From NCBI GenBank assembly GCA_934747265.1, contig CAKVGI010000003.1, positions 26,515 to 90,514 on the forward strand: a stretch of DNA of 64,000 nt, given 5' to 3'. The number at the start of each line of letters is the position of its first letter. Position 1 is the stretch's first letter. Position numbers and translations under genes: made by a program. The DNA comes from an uncultured Rickettsiales bacterium (GTDB lineage: Bacteria; Pseudomonadota; Alphaproteobacteria; Rickettsiales; UBA1997). The notes below the pieces were generated by a model, which did no database searches, had not been told where the DNA came from, and saw only the letters and a list, made by a program, of their open reading frames with translations. This document shows positions 1-7,252 of this stretch, in pieces.

Positions 1-270
1 AAATAATAATGATAAATTGTTTAACTTATTTTATAAATTTATTTTGTTATTTTTGTATAAAACTCTAAGATATTATTCAACTGGACAATCTAACAATAAT
101 TTTAAAGAACTGAATAATAATTTTTTATTGAAAAATAATGAAAAATCAATATTGGACAAAATTAAATTTACAAAAAATATTTTTAATGATATAAATACTT
201 ATAACTTAAATAAGAAACATGCAATAATAGTTCTTTTTGACAATATTTTCAATATTGTCAAAATATAAGC

Positions 271-1275
271 TTATTTATTTTTTCTGTTAATCCAATTCCA
301 TGTATGCAAAATATGATCTTTTACATCTGCAAATTCAATTTCCCATCCAAGATATTCTTTTGCTAATTTATTATCGCAAATTAAACATTCTGGATCACCG
401 AGTCTTCGTTCAACTATCCTGTATTTTATTTTATCCCCAACAATTTCTTCTGACTTTTTTATAATTTCTAAAACGGAAAAACCATTTCCACTACCTAAAT
501 TAATTTTTTTGGAAGTACTAGTGTTAAGCATTTTTTGCAAAGCCAATATGTGAGCTTTACCTAAATCGTTGACATGAATATAATCGCGAATACAAGTACC
601 ATCTTTTGTATTCCAATCTCCACCAAATATTTTAATCTCTTCATTATTCTTATATTTTTCTAAAACTATTGGAATTAAGTGGTTTGATGGCTCATGCGTC
701 TCGCCCAATTCGCCTTCTGGATCAGCACCAGATGCATTAAAATATCTTAATATGGTGTAATTTATACCATAAGCTTTTCTAAAATCTTCTAGAATTTTTT
801 CAACCATTAATTTTGATTCACCATAAGGATTAATTGGAATTTGTGGAGTATCTTCATTTACAACACTTGTTTTTGGCATACCAAAAGTTGCAGCAGTTGA
901 TGAAAAAATAATATTCTTTATATTGCAATCAATCATCGCTTTTAATAAATTCAACGTTGCAACAACATTATTATCATAATATTTGTATGGATTTTTTACA
1001 CTTTCACCAACTTCTATAAATGCGGCAAAATGCATAACAGCAATTGGCTTATATTTTTTGAATGTTTTAATAAGTAAATTATAATCATGTAAATCACCTT
1101 CAACAAAATCTCCATATTTAACAAAATCTTTTCTTCCAGTTGATAAATTATCAAATACAACTAATTTATAACCAGATTTCTTTGCAATCTTGCAAAAATG
1201 AGAACCTATATATCCAGCTCCGCCAGATACGAATATTGTTTTTTGATTATCCATACTATTTAATTTTTTCCTCAA
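271..1275 (-). CDS. galE: UDP-glucose 4-epimerase (SDR family)
   Basis: 334-aa ORF with the Rossmann motif VSGGAGYIGSH near the N-terminus, the catalytic YGESK (YxxxK) and GalE-like length. The real start may be the internal Met (MDNQK, nt 1254), which would remove the 20-nt overlap with the upstream gene. Confidence 0.85.
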   Translation of the reverse strand: MRKKLNSMDNQKTIFVSGGAGYIGSHFCKIAKKSGYKLVVFDNLSTGRKDFVKYGDFVEGDLHDYNLLIKTFKKYKPIAVMHFAAFIEVGESVKNPYKYYDNNVVATLNLLKAMIDCNIKNIIFSSTAATFGMPKTSVVNEDTPQIPINPYGESKLMVEKILEDFRKAYGINYTILRYFNASGADPEGELGETHEPSNHLIPIVLEKYKNNEEIKIFGGDWNTKDGTCIRDYIHVNDLGKAHILALQKMLNTSTSKKINLGSGNGFSVLEIIKKSEEIVGDKIKYRIVERRLGDPECLICDNKLAKEYLGWEIEFADVKDHILHTWNWINRKNK

Positions 1276-2923
1276 CTACATTAATAATTTTGCTAAATAT
1301 TTCATCTAAATTTTCGGTTTTTACACTTGCACCACCCATTGCAAACCAAGGTTGTCCGCCACCACCATTTCCACCAGCTATTGCAACTGCATCTTTTATA
1401 ATTTCGTTAGCTTTTATCTTTTCATTTAAATTTTTTGCAACTCCAATCATAATACTTATTTTTTCTTCAAATGTTGAAATACAAAGCATTACGGAATTAT
1501 TGTTGTATTTTTTATTTTGTAAATCTACAAAGGTACCTTTTAAATCTTTTGCATTTACATTTTTTAATGCATTATAAGCAAATATTATGCCATTTATATT
1601 TTTTTCTGTAAATTTAATATTAGACATATTTGACTTTTTTATATCTTCTAATTGTTTTTTAAAAAGTTTATTTTCATCATTTAAAGTCTTTATTTTTTCT
1701 AATATTTTATCATTTCCAACCTGTAATATGTTATCTATATCTTTAATTATATCTTGAAATTTATTCATATAATTAATAGCCTCTAAGCCAGTTGTAGCTT
1801 CAATTCTTCTAATTCCGGCAGATATAGCTCCTTCACTTACTATTTTAAATAAACCAATTTCACCAGTTTTTGAAACATGAGTTCCACCACATAATTCCAT
1901 AGAACAAATAGATTTTAAAGATGAATTATTTAAAGAAGTCAAGCCGTCGCTAACATCGCTAAAAGAATTTTGCTTCAAATTATCATAATTTTTTCTTTCC
2001 TTAATAATGTCTTCATGAGATTTTTCACCCATACAAACAACTCTAACTTTATCTTCATATTTTTCATTAAATAAAGCCATAGCGCCAGTCTTTTTTGCCT
2101 CTTCTAAATCCATAATTTTTGTTTCAACTTTTGTGTTTTTATAAATTAATTCATTAACTATATTTTCAATTTCTCTTATTTGTTCTCTTGCAACACTTCT
2201 ATTTAATGTAAAATCAAACCTTAATCTATTTTCGTCAACAGAAGAACCTTTTTGCATTACTGTTGCACCAAAAATTTTTCTTAATGCGTACTGCAAAAGG
2301 TGTGTTGCAGAGTGATTTGCTCTAATTTTATTTCTTTTTTCTGTATTTATTGATAAATTAAGATAATCACCAACTTTGATAGTTCCAGTTTCCATTTTTC
2401 CTTTATGTAAAAAATAATTTGGAAATGGTCTTTTTACATCGGTTATTTCAATGGTAGAGAATGGTAAAGGTATTACACCATTTTCTCTGATTTGAATAGC
2501 TAACCCGCTATCTCCAACCTGTCCACCACATTCTCCATAAAAAGTAGTTTTATCAACAAAAAATTCAAATTCATCTCCTTCTTTTACTTCTTGAACTTCT
2601 TGACCATCCTTAATTAAAGCTAAAACTTTCCCCATTACAGTATTTTTTTCATATCCAAAAAATTCTGTTGGTTGTATTTTTTCTTTTATCTCAAAATAAA
2701 TCTTGCTATTTCTTTTATCTCCACTTCCAACCCAAGATTCTTTTGCTTTTTTCTTTTGTCTAGCCATCTCTTCCTCAAATTCTTCAACGTTAACATCAAT
2801 ACCTTTTTCTCTTAAAATAGCTTGTGTTAAGTCTAACGGAAAACCATATGTATCATACAAAGTAAAAGCAACCTTACCACTAAAAAGTGGTTTTTTATCA
2901 TTATTTTTTATATTTTCCGTCAT
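1256..2923 (-). CDS. alaS: Alanyl-tRNA synthetase C-terminal portion only (tRNA-recognition, editing and C-Ala domains); the aminoacylation domain is absent
   Basis: The ORF track gives 1256-2941 from a TTG. An ATG at 2923 is preceded by AAAGGAG. The protein begins at the AlaRS mid-domain motif FTLYDTYGFPLDLT and carries the editing-domain motifs HSATHLL and CGGTHV plus a C-terminal GGGG(Q)P C-Ala tail. An in-frame TAA lies 4 codons upstream of the TTG, and ridA ends only 59 nt upstream. Confidence 0.8.
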   Translation of the reverse strand: MTENIKNNDKKPLFSGKVAFTLYDTYGFPLDLTQAILREKGIDVNVEEFEEEMARQKKKAKESWVGSGDKRNSKIYFEIKEKIQPTEFFGYEKNTVMGKVLALIKDGQEVQEVKEGDEFEFFVDKTTFYGECGGQVGDSGLAIQIRENGVIPLPFSTIEITDVKRPFPNYFLHKGKMETGTIKVGDYLNLSINTEKRNKIRANHSATHLLQYALRKIFGATVMQKGSSVDENRLRFDFTLNRSVAREQIREIENIVNELIYKNTKVETKIMDLEEAKKTGAMALFNEKYEDKVRVVCMGEKSHEDIIKERKNYDNLKQNSFSDVSDGLTSLNNSSLKSICSMELCGGTHVSKTGEIGLFKIVSEGAISAGIRRIEATTGLEAINYMNKFQDIIKDIDNILQVGNDKILEKIKTLNDENKLFKKQLEDIKKSNMSNIKFTEKNINGIIFAYNALKNVNAKDLKGTFVDLQNKKYNNNSVMLCISTFEEKISIMIGVAKNLNEKIKANEIIKDAVAIAGGNGGGGQPWFAMGGASVKTENLDEIFSKIINVVEEKIK

Positions 2924-2999
2924 AAAACTCCTTTTAAACAATTCTTTAATTTAATAAAGTAATATTTATGCAATAAAATACATAAATATTACTTAAATA

Positions 3000-3377
3000 T
3001 TATTTACTTGCTATAACTTCAATTTCAACCAAACCGCCTTTTGGTAAAGCGGCAATTTGTATTGCTGATCTTGCTGGAAAACCTTCCACAAAATACTTAG
3101 CATAAACATCATTGATTTTTGTAAAATCAGCAATATCTTTCATAAAAATTGTAGTTTTTACAATATCGGACACTGTTAAGCCTGCTTCTTTTAAAATGGC
3201 CAATATATTTTCCATAGCTTGTTCTGTTTGTTCTTCAACTCCACCTTCAACCATTTTTCCGGTTTTTGGATCAAGGCCTAATTGTCCAGATAAAAATACA
3301 AAGCTATCAGTTTCTATTGCCTGAGAATATGCACCTATTGCTTGTGGTGCTTCATATGTTGATAAAATATTTTTCAT
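3000..3377 (-). CDS. ridA: RidA/YjgF-family reactive-intermediate deaminase
   Basis: 125 aa. Family-typical sequence is APQAIGAYSQA...FLSGQLGLDP...PARSAIQIAALPKGGLVEIE. Confidence 0.9.
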   Translation of the reverse strand: MKNILSTYEAPQAIGAYSQAIETDSFVFLSGQLGLDPKTGKMVEGGVEEQTEQAMENILAILKEAGLTVSDIVKTTIFMKDIADFTKINDVYAKYFVEGFPARSAIQIAALPKGGLVEIEVIASK

Positions 3378-3391
3378 ATCAAAATTAATTA

Positions 3392-4186
3392 TTAATAATT
3401 AAAAACACCTTTTACAATACCAAAAAATTCTTCACCTTTCATACTTGCTCCACCAACTAAAACTCCGTTTACATTTTTCAATGATAAAATTTCTTTTGCG
3501 TTTGAAGATTTTACGGAACCGCCATATACAACAGTTAATTTGCTTGTTTCAATATGTCTCATTTTATGTAATATATCTTTGATATATCCTTCCATTTCGT
3601 CAATTTCAGCTGTTGTAGGTACTTTTCCAGTTCCAATAGCCCATACTGGTTCGTAAGCTATAATTACATTTTCTAAATCAACATTATTTGTAGAATTTAA
3701 TACTTGTTCACCAACAAATTCTAAATGCTTTTGCGCTTCTCTTGTTGCTAAATCTTCACCGATACAAATTAATGGTGTAATTCCATAGCTTAAACATTTT
3801 GTAGCTTTTTTAGCAACTAAGGAGTCGCTTTCATGTTGATATTGTCTTCTTTCAGAATGTCCAACCAATGAGTATTTACAATCTAATTCCTTTAAAAATG
3901 CTGGACTTGTATTACCTGTAAAAGCTCCTTTTTCTTCATAATAAGCATCCTCAGCACCAATAAATACCTTAAAGTATTTTGTTTTTTTATTATATTCGTT
4001 AGCTTTTTTCATAGCATATTCAATATAAATATCCGGAACACAGATTAATATTAAAGGTACTTTATCTTGATCTAATGAATGACTTTTTTCAAATTCAACT
4101 GCACTTTTTGAAAAATCCTCAAACCATTGATCTATCATAGGCTTTGAGCCGTTCATTTTCCAATTTCCAGAAATTACTGTTCTCAT
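3392..4186 (-). CDS. tpiA: Triosephosphate isomerase
   Basis: 264 aa with motifs GNWKMNG, VGHSERR and YEPVWAIGTG. Confidence 0.92.
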   Translation of the reverse strand: MRTVISGNWKMNGSKPMIDQWFEDFSKSAVEFEKSHSLDQDKVPLILICVPDIYIEYAMKKANEYNKKTKYFKVFIGAEDAYYEEKGAFTGNTSPAFLKELDCKYSLVGHSERRQYQHESDSLVAKKATKCLSYGITPLICIGEDLATREAQKHLEFVGEQVLNSTNNVDLENVIIAYEPVWAIGTGKVPTTAEIDEMEGYIKDILHKMRHIETSKLTVVYGGSVKSSNAKEILSLKNVNGVLVGGASMKGEEFFGIVKGVFNY

Positions 4187-4354
4187 TGTAAATTTTATTT
4201 ATTATCAATATTTTTCATAATACAAATACATTAATTAATTTTCAAATTATTTTTAAATTTATTTATATTTTGGACTTTTGAATTATAAAAATTATTTGAC
4301 ATTTTTACTATTATATACAATTAGTGTTAAATTAAAAATTACTTTAAATTTTTC

Positions 4355-4383
4355 TTGCAAAATAAATAACTGTTTACTAAAAT
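4355..4383 (+). promoter_or_regulatory. Candidate sigma70-type promoter for the SRP RNA
   Basis: TTGCAA (4355-4360), a 17-nt spacer, then TAAAAT (4378-4383), ending about 7 nt before the first base of the SRP RNA closing helix. Confidence 0.5.
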
Positions 4384-4389
4384 AGTATC

Positions 4390-4478
4390 AGAGATAAGTA
4401 GGTGGATGGTTTAATAATCCAGACAGATCCGAAAGGAAGCATCTGTACTTAAATTTATTCAGGTTGCTTATCTCGCTT
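4390..4478 (+). ncRNA. ffs: Signal recognition particle RNA (4.5S RNA, small bacterial type)
   Basis: CCAGACAGAUCCGAAAGGAAGCAUCUG matches the conserved domain IV core of 4.5S RNA (E. coli CCAGGUCAGGUCCGGAAGGAAGCAGCC). The ends pair (GAGAUAAG 4391-4398 with CUUAUCUC 4467-4474), giving a long hairpin. It is a relatively GC-rich island in an otherwise AT-only intergenic region. Confidence 0.8.
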
Positions 4479-4548
4479 ACTAAATATTTTCTTGCTTTTT
4501 TTATTTATTTGAAATAACTTATTTATAGCTTGTAATAATTCTTTGAAT

Positions 4549-5769
4549 ATGTTTAAAAAACTTTGTTTTTTATTTTTTGCATTTTTTTTGTTAAATGCTA
4601 ATGCAGAACAAAATATAGTTAGTACAAATAAACAAAATAATGAACCATTACCAGAAAATACTCTATATATAGAGCTAAAAGATGGTGTTGTGATAGCTGA
4701 ATTATTTCCAAAATTAGCACCAATGCATGTTCAGAGAATTAAAATTTTAACAAAAGATGGTTTTTATGATAATGTAAAATTTCATAGGGTTATTGGTGGT
4801 TTTATAGCTCAGACTGGTGATCCGACCGGAACTGGTAAGGGCGGTAGTAGGTTAGGAAAATTATATGCAGAGTTCAATAATGAACATCACACAAGAGGAA
4901 CATTGTCTATGGCAAGAGCATCAGATCCAAATAGCGCAAATAGCCAATTTTTTATTGTTATTGGTGATTTTTTTCCTGAATTAGATGGACAATATACTAT
5001 TTTTGGTAGGGTTATAGATGGTATGAAATATGTGGATAAAATTAAAGTTGGTAATACTGAAAATAATGGTATAGTTGAAAATCCTGATACTATGATAAAA
5101 GTTATAACTGGTGATATGTTGAATGATAAATCTGTTGCTAGAATTAAAGAAGAGATTAAGCTTATAAATAAAGTTCAAAATGATAGATTAAAGGAGAATC
5201 CAAATTATCAGAAAAAATCCGTCTTAGATTTATTGGTTCAAACAAAAGATATAGTTGCAGAGAATAAAAAAAATAATGTTTCCAATAATAAACAAAATGA
5301 ATTAAAAAAAGAAGTACAAAATGAACAACAAAATGAGCAACAGAATAATATTCAAAATGTTCAAGAACAAAACAATGAACAAAATATAAATAATGTAAGT
5401 AATGAAGCCGTAAATACGCCGAATAATGATCCGATAGCAAATCAAGCAAAAAATACGCAAAATAATGATGCGGTGTCTGATAAAATAATAAATGTAAATA
5501 ATGAAACTGCTAATAGTACTCCTGAGGTTCCAGAAGTTCCATCAAATATTGAAGTACCTTCATTACCAAGCGATAAAGATGATATTTCAGTTCAACCATC
5601 AGTACCAGAATTGCCAACATCTTTTGAGATTCCTTCTGTTCCTGATATTCCAGCGTTTAATGGTCAAGAAAATGATAATAAAGAGGATAATAAAAATAAT
5701 AATGATAATCCACTATCTGGACTAGATGATTTAGGGCTTGGTTTACCATCACCTTATCAAAATAAATAA
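4549..5769 (+). CDS. Secreted/periplasmic cyclophilin-type peptidyl-prolyl isomerase with a long low-complexity C-terminal tail
   Basis: Hydrophobic signal-like N-terminus (KKLCFLFFAFFLLNANA). Cyclophilin motifs are FHRVIGGFIAQTGDPTGTG, MARASDPNSANSQFFI and FGRVIDGM. Residues from about 210 onward are N/Q/E-rich, followed by (V/I)P(S/E)-type proline repeats. The ORF track starts at TTG 4543; the first ATG is 4549. Confidence 0.85.
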   Translation: MFKKLCFLFFAFFLLNANAEQNIVSTNKQNNEPLPENTLYIELKDGVVIAELFPKLAPMHVQRIKILTKDGFYDNVKFHRVIGGFIAQTGDPTGTGKGGSRLGKLYAEFNNEHHTRGTLSMARASDPNSANSQFFIVIGDFFPELDGQYTIFGRVIDGMKYVDKIKVGNTENNGIVENPDTMIKVITGDMLNDKSVARIKEEIKLINKVQNDRLKENPNYQKKSVLDLLVQTKDIVAENKKNNVSNNKQNELKKEVQNEQQNEQQNNIQNVQEQNNEQNINNVSNEAVNTPNNDPIANQAKNTQNNDAVSDKIINVNNETANSTPEVPEVPSNIEVPSLPSDKDDISVQPSVPELPTSFEIPSVPDIPAFNGQENDNKEDNKNNNDNPLSGLDDLGLGLPSPYQNK

Positions 5770-5786
5770 TAATCAAAGGACTTGTT

Positions 5787-7049
5787 ATGAGTAATTTTAA
5801 ATCAAAATTCTTACAAGAATGTGAAAAAAGAGGATTTTTAAATCAATGTACGAACATTGAAGAATTAGATAAACAATTATGCAGTGGTAAACCAATTATA
5901 GCATATTGGGGTACGGATCCAACTGGAGCATCATTGCATGTTGGGCATTTATTTTCTTTAATGATGATTAGATTATTTCAAAGATGTGGAAATAAGCCAA
6001 TAATTTTGTTAGGTGGAGCAACTGGACAAGTTGGTGATCCTAGTGGAAAGGATAAGACCAGACCAATGATGAGTTTGGAAACATTACAGGAAAACAAAAA
6101 AAATATAAAAAAATCAATTGAAAAATTTATAAAATTTGGAGATGGTGAGACAGACGCTATTTTAGTTGATAATTATGATTGGTGGAAGGACGTTAATTAT
6201 TTAAGCCTTTTAAGGGATATTGCGCCACATATTTCTGTCAATAGAATGCTTACTTTTGAATCTGTAAAGCAAAGACTTTCAAAAGAAGAACATATGAGTT
6301 TCCTAGAGTTTAATTATATGATTTTACAAGCCTATGATTTTTATCATTTGTACAAGACATATAATTGTACATTACAATTATGCGGAGCTGATCAATGGGG
6401 CAATGTATGCGCTGGTGTTGAATTAACAAGAAAATTACAGTTCTTAAACAATGCTGTTGAAAAAGGCGAAAAAACTGAAGTATTGGGTTTTTCTACACCA
6501 TTATTATTGGATAGTAATGGAAAGAAGTTAGGAAAATCAGAAGGTAATGCTGTATGGGTAAATGAAGAATTATTAAGTCCTTATGATTACTATCAATATT
6601 TTAGAAATATTAACGATGCCGACGTTGTAAAATTATTAAAAACCTATACTGATTTGGCGGTAGAAGATATTGAAAATTTACAGGAAAAATACAAAGACAA
6701 TATAAATGAATTAAAAAAGATTTTAGCTTTTGAAACTACAAAAATATGTCATGGTGAAGAGAAAGCAAAAAAAGCTATGGATCAAGCTCAAAGTATCTTT
6801 GAAGGAAATTCAATTGATAGTTTGCCGAAGTTGGAATATAACATTCAAAATGACGAGAAATCTATTTTTCAGCTTATTAAAAATTTAGGTTTAGCATCTT
6901 CTGGTGGTGAAGCTAAAAAATTAATAAGGGGTGGTGGAGTAAAAATTAACGATGAAAAAGTTGAAGACGAAAATTTGGATATATCAAAAATTGGTGAATT
7001 TAAATTATCAGTAGGTAAGAAAAAGCATTATTTAATTATTATAAAATAA
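5787..7049 (+). CDS. tyrS: Tyrosyl-tRNA synthetase
   Basis: 420 aa with class I signatures HVGH and KLGKS and a C-terminal S4-like domain (GGEAKKLIRGGGVKINDEKV). Confidence 0.9.
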   Translation: MSNFKSKFLQECEKRGFLNQCTNIEELDKQLCSGKPIIAYWGTDPTGASLHVGHLFSLMMIRLFQRCGNKPIILLGGATGQVGDPSGKDKTRPMMSLETLQENKKNIKKSIEKFIKFGDGETDAILVDNYDWWKDVNYLSLLRDIAPHISVNRMLTFESVKQRLSKEEHMSFLEFNYMILQAYDFYHLYKTYNCTLQLCGADQWGNVCAGVELTRKLQFLNNAVEKGEKTEVLGFSTPLLLDSNGKKLGKSEGNAVWVNEELLSPYDYYQYFRNINDADVVKLLKTYTDLAVEDIENLQEKYKDNINELKKILAFETTKICHGEEKAKKAMDQAQSIFEGNSIDSLPKLEYNIQNDEKSIFQLIKNLGLASSGGEAKKLIRGGGVKINDEKVEDENLDISKIGEFKLSVGKKKHYLIIIK

Positions 7050-7181
7050 TTATTATTTTATTGAAAAATTTTGCAATTTTGACTTATTTTTATGTTTTAT
7101 AGTTAAGTTGATTGTTCGTTTTTTAAAGGTAAGTTAGTAAACTAATTACTTTAATAAGTAATAAAAATCTTTAAAAATTAC

Positions 7182-7210
7182 TTGCAATTATGATGAAGTG
7201 GTATTATAAA
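7182..7210 (+). promoter_or_regulatory. Candidate sigma70-type promoter upstream of uvrA
   Basis: TTGCAA (7182-7187), a 17-nt spacer, then TATAAA (7205-7210), 43 nt upstream of the uvrA ATG. AT-rich background makes chance matches likely. Confidence 0.35.
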
Positions 7211-7252
7211 TGTTTTTAGATACTTACAAAAAAGATATAAAACAAATTAAAA

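Noticed and set aside
17-268. An 83-aa ORF at the left edge, downstream of galE.
   Set aside because: It has N/K/F-rich low-complexity composition, no RBS and no motif. The region is more plausibly the galE 3' flank. The hairpin at 239-259 (GACAATATT/AATATTGTC) has its T-run on the wrong side for a canonical terminator on either strand, so I did not call it.
1140-1577. Many 60-170-aa ORFs lie antisense to or nested inside well-supported genes. Examples are 1140-1577, 2703-2954, 3112-3324, 7816-8082, 13661-14038, 18862-19221, 20195-20695, 23030-23353, 34641-34904, 36589-36990, 37375-37698, 47019-47498, 49177-49461, 50257-50586, 52768-53097, 57667-57939 and 58115-58486.
   Set aside because: Each is fully contained in, or opposite to, a gene with strong family motifs. 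Their products are low-complexity (I/F/L/S/K-rich) with no motifs, RBS or independent signals. Codon-phase mirroring of real genes produces long antisense open frames.
5162-5725. ORFs 5162-5449 (-) and 5501-5725 (+), considered as separate genes inside the cyclophilin tail.
   Set aside because: They are alternative-frame or antisense readings of the AAT/CAA-rich repeat region. The cyclophilin frame runs continuously through this region to a stop at 5769.
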